DNA of 64,000 nucleotides from Pseudomonadota bacterium (GCA_043809315.1 JAZDDX010000016.1:96001-160000), one strand, 5' to 3'; positions 1-10,846 are shown, counted from the first letter of the stretch. Translations and numbers: made by a program. The notes: generated by a model not told the origin, from the sequence alone.

Positions 1-128
1 GCGACCCGCCCCTTCGGATCTTTCGTCAGGATGGCGTCCAGAACGGCATCGGAGATCTGATCGCAGACCTTGTCCGGATGCCCTTCGGCGACCGACTCGG
101 ACGTGAACGAATATTTTCCTTTTCCCAT
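1..128 (-). CDS. metK: S-adenosylmethionine synthetase, N-terminal part (runs off the window edge)
   Basis: Manual translation [34 protein letters not shown] contains the MetK GHPDK signature; RBS AAGGAG upstream; not in the ORF track. Confidence 0.95.
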   Translation of the reverse strand, partial: MGKGKYSFTSESVAEGHPDKVCDQISDAVLDAILTKDPKGRV

Positions 129-208
129 CGAATTCTCCTTGGAACGGTTTCGGTTCTGCTTCTTGGGTCTCAAAGGTCGAAAGCTCTACCACCCCCCCTT
201 TTCGGGCG

Positions 209-1966
209 TCAAGCCCAAAGGCCGGGGAGGTGCTTCCGGTAGCAGGCGGTCAGATAGGCCCGGATCTCCTCGGTGTCGTCCATCCGGCAGACGTCGTTCA
301 CCCATTTCTTCGCGTCCGCCATCGTCGTCTCGCGGATGATCTGTTTCACCTTCGGGATGGACGCCGCGTTGACCGAGAGAAAGTTGAACTCCATCCCGAC
401 CAGGAGCGGGATGAAGAACGGCTCGCTCGCCATCTCGCCGCAGACCCCGACCTCGATCGCCGACTTGTGCCCCAGATCGGCCACCCGCCGGAGCAACTGA
501 ATGAACGCCCCGTGAAGCGGCGTGTACAGATCGGCCACCAGCTCGTTCCCGCGATCAACCGCCATCGTGTACTGGATCAGGTCATTCGTCCCGATCGAGA
601 GGAAGTCGACCTCCGCCGCGAACTGGTTCGCGCTGAGCGCTGCCGACGGGATCTCGATCATCGTCCCGGTCCGGATCTCCCGATCAAACGGGATCTTCTG
701 AGCTTCGAGTTCCCCTTTGAGATCCCGGAGGATCTGATTCGCCTTCCGGACCTCCTCGACGGTCGAAACCATCGGATAGAGAATCGCGGCCTTGCCAAAG
801 GCGCTGGCGCGGAGGATGGCGCGAAGCTGGGTCCGGAGAACCTCCTCGGCTTGAAGCAGGAAACGGATCCCGCGAAGCCCGAGAGCCGGGTTCCGGTCCG
901 AACGGAACCCCGTCGGGGGACCGACCAGCGAGTCCCCGGCAACGTCGAGAACCCGGATGACGGTCTCCCGGGGCTTTAATGCCGAGACGATCTCCTTGTA
1001 ACTCTCGAACTGTTCCTCCTCCGTCACCGGAAGGGTCTTTCCGAGGAATGCGTATTCGGTCCGCAGGAGTCCCACCCCTTCGGCTCCGTTTTCGAGAACC
1101 GCCTCCACCTCTTCCGCAAGATCGATGTTCGCCAGCAGGTGGACCTCGTACAGATCTTTCGTCTCCGCCTTGTGGTGGCGGTTCTTGAGAAGCTCTTTCC
1201 GGGCGGAGAGGTACTGCTTCTGCTTCGCTTCGTACGCGGTCCACACCTCCGGCTCGGGCCGGACGATCACGACCCCGTCAGTGCCATCGACGATGATCCG
1301 TTCGCCGTTCTGCACCTCGAACGAGACCATCCCGCTTCCGACCACCATCGGAATCCCGAAGGAGCGGGCGATGATCGAAATATGGGAAGTCCTCCCTCCC
1401 CCGTCCATCGTGACACCGGAAAGACTCTCCCGGTTGATCTTCAGGAGATCGGCCGGGGATATTTCGTGGGCCACCAGAACGGTTTTCCGGTGGATCGAGA
1501 CAAAACCCTGCTCCTTCGTACCGACCAAAAGACGGAGGAGGCGCTCTTCCGCGTATTCGATGTCGCTCCGCCGGTCGCGGAAATATTCGTCGTCGATCCG
1601 GTCGAACAGCTTCTTGAACTGCTCGATCGATTTTTGCACCGCCCACTCGGCATTGATCCCCTCCGCTTGGATCATCTCCCGCGTATCGTCGGTCAGACTC
1701 CGATCCTCGAGCATCAAAATCTGCGCATCGATCAGGTAGACATGATCCTCTCCCTGTTCGTCGCTCACTTTCTTCCGGAGCTGCTTCAGCTGATCGCGGG
1801 CGCTTTGGAGAGCCGAATTGAACCGCGCGATTTCGAACGCCACCTCGTCGCGGTCGACCGACCGCCGAGCGATCACGACCTTCCCGCGATCGAGTTGGTG
1901 CGCGTACCCCAGCGCCACACCGGGGGAAGCTGCCAATCCGCGGAAGGTGAGGCTCTTCCCCTTCAT
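209..1966 (-). CDS. ptsI: PTS enzyme I (phosphoenolpyruvate-protein phosphotransferase)
   Basis: GLAASPGVALG start, GGRTSH phospho-His, GVGLLRTE, NPALGLRGIR, DFLSIGTNDLIQY, VCGEMA; start placed at MKGKSL (ATGA overlap with ptsH). Confidence 0.95.
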   Translation of the reverse strand: MKGKSLTFRGLAASPGVALGYAHQLDRGKVVIARRSVDRDEVAFEIARFNSALQSARDQLKQLRKKVSDEQGEDHVYLIDAQILMLEDRSLTDDTREMIQAEGINAEWAVQKSIEQFKKLFDRIDDEYFRDRRSDIEYAEERLLRLLVGTKEQGFVSIHRKTVLVAHEISPADLLKINRESLSGVTMDGGGRTSHISIIARSFGIPMVVGSGMVSFEVQNGERIIVDGTDGVVIVRPEPEVWTAYEAKQKQYLSARKELLKNRHHKAETKDLYEVHLLANIDLAEEVEAVLENGAEGVGLLRTEYAFLGKTLPVTEEEQFESYKEIVSALKPRETVIRVLDVAGDSLVGPPTGFRSDRNPALGLRGIRFLLQAEEVLRTQLRAILRASAFGKAAILYPMVSTVEEVRKANQILRDLKGELEAQKIPFDREIRTGTMIEIPSAALSANQFAAEVDFLSIGTNDLIQYTMAVDRGNELVADLYTPLHGAFIQLLRRVADLGHKSAIEVGVCGEMASEPFFIPLLVGMEFNFLSVNAASIPKVKQIIRETTMADAKKWVNDVCRMDDTEEIRAYLTACYRKHLPGLWA

Positions 1967-2247
1967 GTCGCTTCCTCGCGGAAACCGCTGGAGATCAGTT
2001 GCACAATCGCCGCCGCGGCCGCTTCCTGATCGACCCCCGCAGCTTCGATCCGGATCAGGGTCCCTTTTCTCGCCCCCAGCGCGAGCAATCCCATGATGCT
2101 CTTCGCGTTGGCGGAAAGACCGTCCGCCGACAGAATGATTTCGGAGGAAAAACTCCCGGCCATTTTGACCAGGGCGGTCGCCGAACGGGTGTGCAAGCCG
2201 AGATCGTTCACGATCACGGCTTCGGCGTAGTGAGGTTTTCCGCTCAT
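1963..2247 (-). CDS. ptsH: Phosphocarrier protein HPr
   Basis: GLHTRSA (His15 motif) and NAKSIMGLL (Ser46 motif); 94 aa. Confidence 0.93.
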   Translation of the reverse strand: MSGKPHYAEAVIVNDLGLHTRSATALVKMAGSFSSEIILSADGLSANAKSIMGLLALGARKGTLIRIEAAGVDQEAAAAAIVQLISSGFREEAT

Positions 2248-2636
2248 CCAAGGCCCCGCTGAATATGGTCCCGCCCGTATTTCTCGAGTAACGCCGCCAG
2301 CTCCGGGAGCGGATGCTCGGCGGCGATCTGGACCGCTTTCATCACCAGCGGCAAGTTGATCCCGCCGATCACCTCGACGTTCCGTTCCCTGCGGAGCGAA
2401 CACGCGACATTGAACGGGGTTCCCCCCGGAATTTCGGTCAAGATCAGGACCCCCCCCCCTTGATCGATCGCATCCACCGCCTTCCGGACTTTGGCGGACG
2501 CCTCCTCCCAATGATCCTCCCGCCGGATCGCCAGCGACTTGAACGTCGCCGGTTTCCCGAGGAGTTCCGTGATCAGCGTCGAAACGCTCGTTGCAAGCCC
2601 ACCCGTCGAGACCAGAAGGATTCCGACCGGTTTCAT
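2244..2636 (-). CDS. PTS EIIA component, mannose/fructose family, lacking the phospho-His
   Basis: GILLVSTGGLA...GVLILTEIPGGTPFN...GGINLPLV matches the EIIA-Man pattern; usual position between rapZ and ptsH. Confidence 0.85.
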   Translation of the reverse strand: MKPVGILLVSTGGLATSVSTLITELLGKPATFKSLAIRREDHWEEASAKVRKAVDAIDQGGGVLILTEIPGGTPFNVACSLRRERNVEVIGGINLPLVMKAVQIAAEHPLPELAALLEKYGRDHIQRGLG

Positions 2637-3490
2637 CCCCGCTCCAGATCCCGATGAATGATTCGGGGGGAGTATCCGAGCCCCTTTAACTCCTTCGCGA
2701 GCTGCGTCGCCATCACCACCGACCGATGGCGCCCCCCGGTGCAACCGACCGCCACGTGCAGATAGCTCTTCCCTTCCCGTTCATAGCGGGGAATCACGAA
2801 CTCCAGCATCCGCTTCATCTCCCCGACCATCTCGCCCGCATCGGGCTGGGAAAGAACGAAATCGATCACGTCGGGATCGGTGCCGCTCTTGGTCTTGAGA
2901 TCGGCCTTGAAAAACGGGTTCGCGAGGAACCGGACATCGAAGACGAGGTCGGACTGCGTCGGTAACCCGTGTTTGTATCCAAAGGATGTCAACGTGATCG
3001 TCATCGTCTTTTCGGTCGGAGCAGCGCCATATCGCTCGGTCAGAGTCCGTCGAAGATCGGCCGACGAAAACTCGCTCGTATCGAGAACGGCGTCGGCACT
3101 CTTCCGGACGACAGCAAGCAACTTCCGCTCCTCGGCGATCCCGTCCGTCGGCGATCCCGAAGGAGAGAGCGGATGCCGGTGGCGGGTCTCGCTGAAACGA
3201 CGGACCAGAACCTCGTCCGACGCCTCCAGGAAAAGCAACTCGACGTGGAATCCATCTTTGACCGCCTTCTTGAAGATCTGCGGAAGATCCCCGATGTTGC
3301 GACGGTCCCGCGCGTCGATCACGAGCGCCAGCTTTGTGATTTCGCTGCCGAACTGCCCCGTCAACGCGAGAAGTTGAGGCAGGATCGAGACGGGAAGGTT
3401 GTCGATGCAGTAGTACCCGAGATCCTCGAGCGTCTTGACCGCGGAGGATTTCCCGGAACCGGAATACCCGGAGATTACGAGGGCCCGCAA
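2633..3490 (-). CDS. rapZ: RNase adapter / P-loop protein RapZ (YvcJ family)
   Basis: SGYSGSGKS, YCIDNLP, RRFSETRHRHP, SFGYKHG, DVRFLANP, GCTGGRHRSV; TTG start with GGAG RBS. Confidence 0.95.
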   Translation of the reverse strand: MRALVISGYSGSGKSSAVKTLEDLGYYCIDNLPVSILPQLLALTGQFGSEITKLALVIDARDRRNIGDLPQIFKKAVKDGFHVELLFLEASDEVLVRRFSETRHRHPLSPSGSPTDGIAEERKLLAVVRKSADAVLDTSEFSSADLRRTLTERYGAAPTEKTMTITLTSFGYKHGLPTQSDLVFDVRFLANPFFKADLKTKSGTDPDVIDFVLSQPDAGEMVGEMKRMLEFVIPRYEREGKSYLHVAVGCTGGRHRSVVMATQLAKELKGLGYSPRIIHRDLERG

Positions 3491-3996
3491 AGTTTCTCCC
3501 GGTGTTTCCGCTCGAACTCGAGGGCCGAATCTTTTCCGCCCCAGCGCAGGATCTGATTCCGCGCCGCAACCTCGACGATCGTGGTCAGGTTTCTCCCCTT
3601 CCAAGACGGAACCCGGATATGCGGAACATCCCTCCCTTGGATCTGCTTCTCACGGATTTCGATCCCGAGCCGATCGATGTTGTTCTTCACCTCCAGGGGA
3701 ACCAGTTCGAGGATCATGTCGACCTTCTTGAAGTCGCGAACCGCCGCCGCCCCGTACAGATCCTGGACGTTTAAAATCCCCAGCCCCCGCACTTCAATAA
3801 AGTAACGCGAGATCTCCGGCGCGAACCCGATCAGGTCCCCCGCCGCGTCTTTCCGAATGACGACCAGATCATCCGCCACCAGACGATGATTCCGCGCGAT
3901 CAGGTCAAGCGCACACTCGCTCTTCCCCACCCCGCTCGGTCCCATAATGAGCACGCCGACACCGTAGACGTCCATCAGGACGCCGTGAACGGACAC
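3475..3996 (-). CDS. hprK: HPr kinase/phosphorylase, short form (catalytic domain only)
   Basis: HGVLMDVYGVGVLIMGPSGVGKSECAL, LVADD, IEVRGLGI, GRNLTTIVEVAARN; probable GTG start just after the ptsN stop. Confidence 0.88.
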   Translation of the reverse strand: MSVHGVLMDVYGVGVLIMGPSGVGKSECALDLIARNHRLVADDLVVIRKDAAGDLIGFAPEISRYFIEVRGLGILNVQDLYGAAAVRDFKKVDMILELVPLEVKNNIDRLGIEIREKQIQGRDVPHIRVPSWKGRNLTTIVEVAARNQILRWGGKDSALEFERKHREKLCGPS

Positions 3997-4003
3997 GGTC
4001 CCT

Positions 4004-4465
4004 TTAGTACTGGGCGTCTTTCTCGGCGATCGCTTCATAAACCCGTCGGCCAGATTCCGCAGTAAAGAGATGTTCGCGAAAGGTGGTGTCGTGGAGAAAC
4101 TTCGAGATGCGGGCCAAAACTTTGAGGTGGACCTCGTTCGCTCCGACCGGACCGATGATGAGAAAGATTAGGTGAACCGGCTTTCCGTCGATCGCATCGA
4201 ACGAGATGCCGGTCTTGCTGCGGCCGAAGACGGCGATCTGTTGGATGGCTTTCGGGTGTTTGGCGTGTGGGATCGCGATCCCGCTCCCGATCCCGGTCGA
4301 ACTCAACCGCTCCCGCTCCATTACGAGCGAAAAAAGATCCTCCTCGCCGAGATCCGGGTAGATTTTCGAAATCCCCGCGATCATCTCCCGCAGGGCCTCT
4401 TCCTTGGTCCCGGCGTTGAGGTCGGGGAAGATCAGCGGCTCCCGCATGATCTCCTTGAGCTTCAC
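4004..4465 (-). CDS. ptsN: PTS EIIA(Ntr)-type protein
   Basis: RERLSSTGIGSGIAIPHAK motif; downstream of rpoN-hpf. Confidence 0.92.
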   Translation of the reverse strand: MKLKEIMREPLIFPDLNAGTKEEALREMIAGISKIYPDLGEEDLFSLVMERERLSSTGIGSGIAIPHAKHPKAIQQIAVFGRSKTGISFDAIDGKPVHLIFLIIGPVGANEVHLKVLARISKFLHDTTFREHLFTAESGRRVYEAIAEKDAQY

Positions 4466-4491
4466 GGCTGAGTAATTACACGAAATGCGGA

Positions 4492-4532
4492 TGGGACACC
4501 ATGAGAATGGTGTCCCAGAACCCTATGGTGTC
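4492..4532. repeat. Perfect 11-bp inverted repeat with an extra half-site copy
   Basis: TGGGACACCAT-GAGA-ATGGTGTCCCA (4492-4517) followed by another ATGGTGTC at 4525-4532, between hpf and ptsN. Confidence 0.7.
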
Positions 4533-4848
4533 ACCCACCTACTTCAGTGCGGATACCGTTCCGGGGCTTGATGATCTTGTCGTGGTGCCGCTTGAGTACC
4601 TTCTCCACCTTGTCGGCCGCCCCTGTGATCGACTTGTACATGTCCTCGCTGGAAACCTTGCCGGTGGCCCGGACCCCTTTCGCGGTGAAAACGACCTCGG
4701 CGATTTGCATGTATTTTTCCACGGTCAGGATGACGTGAGCTTCTTTGGCCGATTCAAAGTACCGGTCGAGCCGTTCCAGATGCTCGTTGACGAAGTCTTT
4801 GAGGGCCGAGCTGCTGTCCATGTGCCGAAACGTGATCGTGGTCTTCAT
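4531..4848 (-). CDS. hpf: Ribosome hibernation factor HPF/RaiA
   Basis: ITFRHMDSSSALKDFV...SEDMYKSI...; directly downstream of rpoN. Confidence 0.9.
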   Translation of the reverse strand: MKTTITFRHMDSSSALKDFVNEHLERLDRYFESAKEAHVILTVEKYMQIAEVVFTAKGVRATGKVSSEDMYKSITGAADKVEKVLKRHHDKIIKPRNGIRTEVGG

Positions 4849-4862
4849 GCGCTGCCTCCCGA

Positions 4863-6308
4863 TTAAAAGAGTCGCTTCCGTTTGGAAGACGACAGGATTC
4901 CAAGCATTTCGCGGTATTTCGCGACGGTCCGTCGCGCGATATCGATGTTGTTCTGTCGAAGTAGTTCCACCACCTCCTGGTCGCTGTATGGCTTCCGGCC
5001 ATCCTCCCCCGTGATGATCTCCCGGATCCGCTCCTTGACCGCTTCCGACGCCACGTCCGCCCCCTCGACCCTCCGGATGCTCGAGTTGAAAAAGAATTTC
5101 AACTCAAAGATCCCCTGCGGGGTATGGACGTATTTGTTCGACGTGACCCGGCTGACTGTCGACTCGTGCATCCCGATGTCCTCAGCGACGTCCCGCAAGA
5201 CCATGGGATGGAGATACGTGATCCCACGGTCGAGAAAGTCCTTCTGCATCTTCACGATCGACTCGGTCACTTTGTAGATCGTCCTCTGCCGCTGATGGAT
5301 CGAACGAATCAGCCAGACCGCGGAGCGGAGCCGGTCGTTGATGTACTCCTTCGTAAGTCCCGTCGATTTGTTTCCACGCAGAACGCTTTGGTAGAGGTTC
5401 GAGATCCGGAGTTTCGGGAGTCCGTCCTCGTTCTGAACGATCATGTACTCGTCTTTGACCTTATAGACGTAAATGTCGGGGGTGATGTACTGGGCGCTCT
5501 CATCGTAGAACTGGCGCCCCGGTTTCGGTTCCAGCGCGGAGACCGCTTTGACTGCAACGATCACGGTCTCCATATCCGAATCGGTCGCTTTGGCGATCGC
5601 CGGATAGTTCTTCCGTTCCAGATCGCTCAAATGATCTTGGATGATCCTTCGCACGAGAGAGTCATTGGGGAGCTGCTTCGTCTGGATCAGGAGACATTCC
5701 CGCAGGTCGCGGGCGCCGACGCCGATCGGGTCGAGTTCCTGGATCCGCGCCAGAACATGCTCCACCTCGTCTTCGGTACAACGAAGCTTAGAGGCCAGCT
5801 CCTCCGCCGTCGCCCGGAGATACCCGTCCTCATCGAGGTTCCCGAGGATCACCTCGGCGACTTTCTGTTCCCGTTCGTCGAAGCGGGAGAGCTTGACCTG
5901 CCAGAGGAGGTGTTCGGTCAGCGTGTCGGAACGGGTGAGAGATGATTCGAAGCTCGGAAGGTCCGGGTCAACGTCACGGTAGGTGTTGTCCCCGACCGCG
6001 CGGTACGGCTGGCTGTTGAGGTAGTTCTCCCAATTGATGTCGTCCGTCCCCTCCCCTTTGGCCGGATTCACCTCCTGAGTCTTCTCCTCTTTCGCCTTGG
6101 CCTTCTTCTGCTCGTCTTCCTCCTCCTTCTCGACCTCCTCGCTTCCATCCAGCCCTTCCTCGAGAACCGGGTTCTCGAGCATCTCCGTCATGCAGTGCTC
6201 GGCCAATTCGAGACGATTCAGTTGCAGCAGCTTGATCGCTTGCTGCAACTGCGGCGTCATTACGAGTTGTTGGCTTAGGCGGAGACTCTGTTTGAGTTCA
6301 AGAGCCAT
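4863..6308 (-). CDS. rpoN: RNA polymerase sigma-54 factor
   Basis: MALELKQSLRLSQQLVMTPQLQQAIKLLQL start, HESTVSR helix-turn-helix, RpoN box ARRTVAKYRE. Confidence 0.97.
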   Translation of the reverse strand: MALELKQSLRLSQQLVMTPQLQQAIKLLQLNRLELAEHCMTEMLENPVLEEGLDGSEEVEKEEEDEQKKAKAKEEKTQEVNPAKGEGTDDINWENYLNSQPYRAVGDNTYRDVDPDLPSFESSLTRSDTLTEHLLWQVKLSRFDEREQKVAEVILGNLDEDGYLRATAEELASKLRCTEDEVEHVLARIQELDPIGVGARDLRECLLIQTKQLPNDSLVRRIIQDHLSDLERKNYPAIAKATDSDMETVIVAVKAVSALEPKPGRQFYDESAQYITPDIYVYKVKDEYMIVQNEDGLPKLRISNLYQSVLRGNKSTGLTKEYINDRLRSAVWLIRSIHQRQRTIYKVTESIVKMQKDFLDRGITYLHPMVLRDVAEDIGMHESTVSRVTSNKYVHTPQGIFELKFFFNSSIRRVEGADVASEAVKERIREIITGEDGRKPYSDQEVVELLRQNNIDIARRTVAKYREMLGILSSSKRKRLF

Positions 6309-6352
6309 CGAGGGAGAGGACAAGAATACCATCCCCACTCTGGCCCTGTCTA

Positions 6353-6369
6353 TGCATGCGGCGTACCGA
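6353..6369 (-). promoter_or_regulatory. Candidate sigma54 -24/-12 site upstream of rpoN
   Basis: Minus strand TCGGTACGCCGCATGCA = GG-N10-GC, about 45 nt upstream of the rpoN ATG, next to an AT-rich IHF-like stretch (6374-6400). Confidence 0.55.
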
Positions 6370-6425
6370 GCGCGAATTACTCTTTAATTTCAACGCGCTA
6401 CGTTGGCACGGATCTGGAATACAAA

Positions 6426-7442
6426 TCACGCAAGGGCGGAACGCAACGATCTCAAACCATTCGCCAACGTCCGGGTCGAGTCTTCGACGGCGCTCGGTTC
6501 GTACCCGCAATGGGCCATGCAATCGACACATTTCGGGTTCCCACTCGCCCGGTCGTATTTCGTCCAATCGGTCTTCTCCAGAAGCTCTTTGAACGTCGGA
6601 AGATGACCGTCGGCGAACAGATAACAGGGCTGTTGCCATCCGAAGATCGAATAGTTCGGATTTCCCCACGGCGTGCATTCGTACTCGATCTTCCCTTGCA
6701 GAAAATCCAGATAGAACGGCGAGTGGTTCATCTTCCAGCGGCTCTTCCGCTCGCGGCCGATTTCGAAAATCCGCTGGAAAAGCCCGGTCGTTTTTGCCCG
6801 TTTCAAGAAGTGGTCCTGATCCGGGGCTTTCTCGTACGAAAAACCTGGGGCGACCGTCATCCCGTCGACGTTGAGAGAGGTGACGGTATCGAAGAAATCG
6901 GCGATCTCGGTCGACTCCTCACCGTCGAAGATCGTCGTGTTCGTCGTCACGCGGAATCCCTTGCCCTTGGCTAGCTTGATGGCAGCGACCGCTTTTTCGA
7001 AAACTCCTTCGCGACAGACCAGTTCGTCGTGTCGTTTTTTGAGTCCGTCGAGATGGACGTTGAACGTGAGGTATACCGACGGCGTGAATCTCGGGAGGTT
7101 CCTCTCGAGAAGGATCGCGTTGGTGCAGAGGTAGACGAACTTTTTCCGAAAAACCAGCCCGTTCACGATCTCGGCGATCTGCGGATGGATCAGAGGCTCC
7201 CCCCCGGCGACGGAAACGACCGGGGCACCGCATTCTTCCGCCGCTCGGAAACATTCCTCCGGCGAGAGCGTCTTCTTCAGAATCTCTTCGGGGAATTGGA
7301 TCTTCCCGCACCCGACGCACTCCAGGTTGCAGCGATAGAGAGGCTCCAGCATCAGGACGAGCGGAAACTGTTTTCGCCCCAGAAGCTTCTGCTTCATGAC
7401 GTAGCCGCCGACGCGCGCGACCTGTTTGAGCGGGACACCCAT
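6426..7442 (-). CDS. hpnH: Adenosyl-hopene transferase HpnH (hopanoid radical SAM)
   Basis: FPLVLMLEPLYRCNLECVGCGKI, CTPWGNPN, WQQPCYL, NPKCVDCMAHCGYE motifs typical of HpnH. Confidence 0.92.
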   Translation of the reverse strand: MGVPLKQVARVGGYVMKQKLLGRKQFPLVLMLEPLYRCNLECVGCGKIQFPEEILKKTLSPEECFRAAEECGAPVVSVAGGEPLIHPQIAEIVNGLVFRKKFVYLCTNAILLERNLPRFTPSVYLTFNVHLDGLKKRHDELVCREGVFEKAVAAIKLAKGKGFRVTTNTTIFDGEESTEIADFFDTVTSLNVDGMTVAPGFSYEKAPDQDHFLKRAKTTGLFQRIFEIGRERKSRWKMNHSPFYLDFLQGKIEYECTPWGNPNYSIFGWQQPCYLFADGHLPTFKELLEKTDWTKYDRASGNPKCVDCMAHCGYEPSAVEDSTRTLANGLRSLRSALA

Positions 7443-7527
7443 GGGGCGCCTTCGTAGCACGGGGGGGCTGGAATCTCAATGGGTTAGCTTCTTCTTGGCC
7501 GGCATTCTTTTTGCTATTTACTCCCCC

Positions 7528-8208
7528 ATGAGGCGTTTTCTGTTCCTTTTGCTCCTGGCGCTCCCCCTCCCTCTGCAGGCCCAGTTCTTGGCCGTAGAGG
7601 TTTCTGGCCCGCCGCTCAAATACACGAAAGGGGAGATCCGCCGTCTCGTGGCCCAAGCGGTTCGGGAGATCGAGCCAGAGATGCCCTGGGAACTGGCGGA
7701 TACTCAGGAGTGGTCCGACTATATGAACTTTTCGCACTTCGTGCCGCTTTCATGTGACGGGGAAGATGCGAAGCTCGACTTCGCCTGGGTTGCCGACGAA
7801 AATCCGCGCCGCGCTCTCCCCATGGGGGAGGTGATCGAAACCGGGAAGTTCCGTTTTTGGTGGCAGTATTGCAACTACTACGCCGACAATCCGGGCTTCA
7901 GCTGTTTGGATGAGATCCACGCCACCGTCTTCCACGAGGCGATCCATTACCGGCAGAAGAAGCGGTTGGGACTGAATGCGATCCAGCTTTGGGGGAGTTG
8001 TAGCCACTACCAGTGCCGGGAGGTGGAGGCGTATCTGACCGAGATCCGCGCGGGGACGATCCCGGAGGAAGCTCTTCCGTACGGCGCTCCGAGACTGAAG
8101 TTCTACGTCAGTGGGTGCGAGAATTCTTATTTCAAGGTCGGATTCAAGAAGCAGTTAACCGCTCTGAAAGAGATCCTCCGATCCCTCCCGCCCATACCGA
8201 CCGAATAA
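7528..8208 (+). CDS. Exported hypothetical protein with HExxH zincin-like motif
   Basis: Signal peptide MRRFLFLLLLALPLPLQA; TVFHEAIH followed by EVEAY; several Cys. Confidence 0.65.
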   Translation: MRRFLFLLLLALPLPLQAQFLAVEVSGPPLKYTKGEIRRLVAQAVREIEPEMPWELADTQEWSDYMNFSHFVPLSCDGEDAKLDFAWVADENPRRALPMGEVIETGKFRFWWQYCNYYADNPGFSCLDEIHATVFHEAIHYRQKKRLGLNAIQLWGSCSHYQCREVEAYLTEIRAGTIPEEALPYGAPRLKFYVSGCENSYFKVGFKKQLTALKEILRSLPPIPTE

Positions 8209-8244
8209 CACTCCTTAGGCATATCAGCGGGTTGCCGGCTGGCA

Positions 8245-8281
8245 TTGACTAAAAAATCTTTTTCATGAAAAATCATTGATT
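8245..8281 (+). promoter_or_regulatory. TA-operon promoter/operator
   Basis: TTGACT -35-like box, palindromes TTTTTCATGAAAAA (8259-8272) and AATCA-T-TGATT (8271-8281) directly before the antitoxin. Confidence 0.55.
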
Positions 8282-8494
8282 ATGAAGACGACGTCTCTCT
8301 CCACGGTGATCGGAGCCCCGGTCAAAAGCGCGGTGGTCGAATTCTGCCGCCGGAAGGGACTGAAGTTGCGACATTTCATCGAGGAGGCCCTTCTGGAGCG
8401 GTTGGAAGACGAACTTGATTTAGAGACTTTTCGGGCACGGAAGAACGAGGAGACGGTCTCGTTCGAAGAGGTCCTCCGAAGCCGAAAGAAGTAG
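8282..8494 (+). CDS. Putative type II antitoxin
   Basis: Small ORF upstream of RelE, with acidic C-terminus EEALLERLEDELD...ETVSFEEV typical of RelB-like partners. Confidence 0.75.
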   Translation: MKTTSLSTVIGAPVKSAVVEFCRRKGLKLRHFIEEALLERLEDELDLETFRARKNEETVSFEEVLRSRKK

Positions 8495-8506
8495 CCTCTC
8501 CCCGCC

Positions 8507-10364
<1,858 letters not shown>

Positions 10365-10391
10365 TCACCCCTCCTGGCTGATTTTGGGCAG

Positions 10392-10415
10392 AAAAAAAGG
10401 GGCAGAAGCCCCTTT
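10392..10415 (-). terminator. Intrinsic terminator after rpsI
   Basis: Minus strand AAAGGGGC-TTCT-GCCCCTTTTTTT. Confidence 0.8.
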
Positions 10416-10442
10416 CTTCCCGAAACAATTCGGAAGTTTCGT

Positions 10443-10841
10443 TTAGCGCTTCGAGTACTGGAAACGCTTTCTGGCTCCCGGCTGTCCATACTTCTTGCGT
10501 TCTTTTTTCCTCGCGTCTCTCGTCAAAAGCCCGGCCGCCTTCAGTTTCCCGCGGCATTCCGGATCGGCCTTGCAGAGCGCGCGGGCCACGCCGTGGCGGA
10601 CCGCATCGGCCTGCCCGTTGATCCCGCCGCCGGCCACCCGGGCGAACACATCGTATTTTCCCGTCGTCCCGGACGCCTCGAACGCCGTCGCGACGACCGC
10701 CTGCAAATTCCGGGTCGGGAAGTACTCCTCGACCGCTCTCTCGTTGATCGACATCGTGCCGGTCCCCGGGTTCATGTAGATCCGGGCGACGGCGGTTTTC
10801 CGTTTTCCTGTCGAAGTGAATTTATAAAAAGCTTTTGGCAT
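10443..10841 (-). CDS. rpsI: 30S ribosomal protein S9
   Basis: TGKRKTAVAR, GGGINGQADA, ERKKYGQPGARKRFQYSKR. Confidence 0.98.
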   Translation of the reverse strand: MPKAFYKFTSTGKRKTAVARIYMNPGTGTMSINERAVEEYFPTRNLQAVVATAFEASGTTGKYDVFARVAGGGINGQADAVRHGVARALCKADPECRGKLKAAGLLTRDARKKERKKYGQPGARKRFQYSKR

Positions 10842-10846
10842 TTCGT

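Noticed and set aside
129-208. Possible SAM riboswitch upstream of metK
   Set aside because: The leader is short, holds a sigma70-like promoter and shows no recognisable SAM aptamer motif
1967-2251. N-terminal extension of the 680-aa ptsI ORF
   Set aside because: It overlaps the real ptsH gene in another frame; PtsI homology starts at 1966
6403-6420. Plus-strand TTGGCACG box as an independent promoter
   Set aside because: The -12 element is GA rather than GC and it points antisense into hpnH; kept only as context for the rpoN finding
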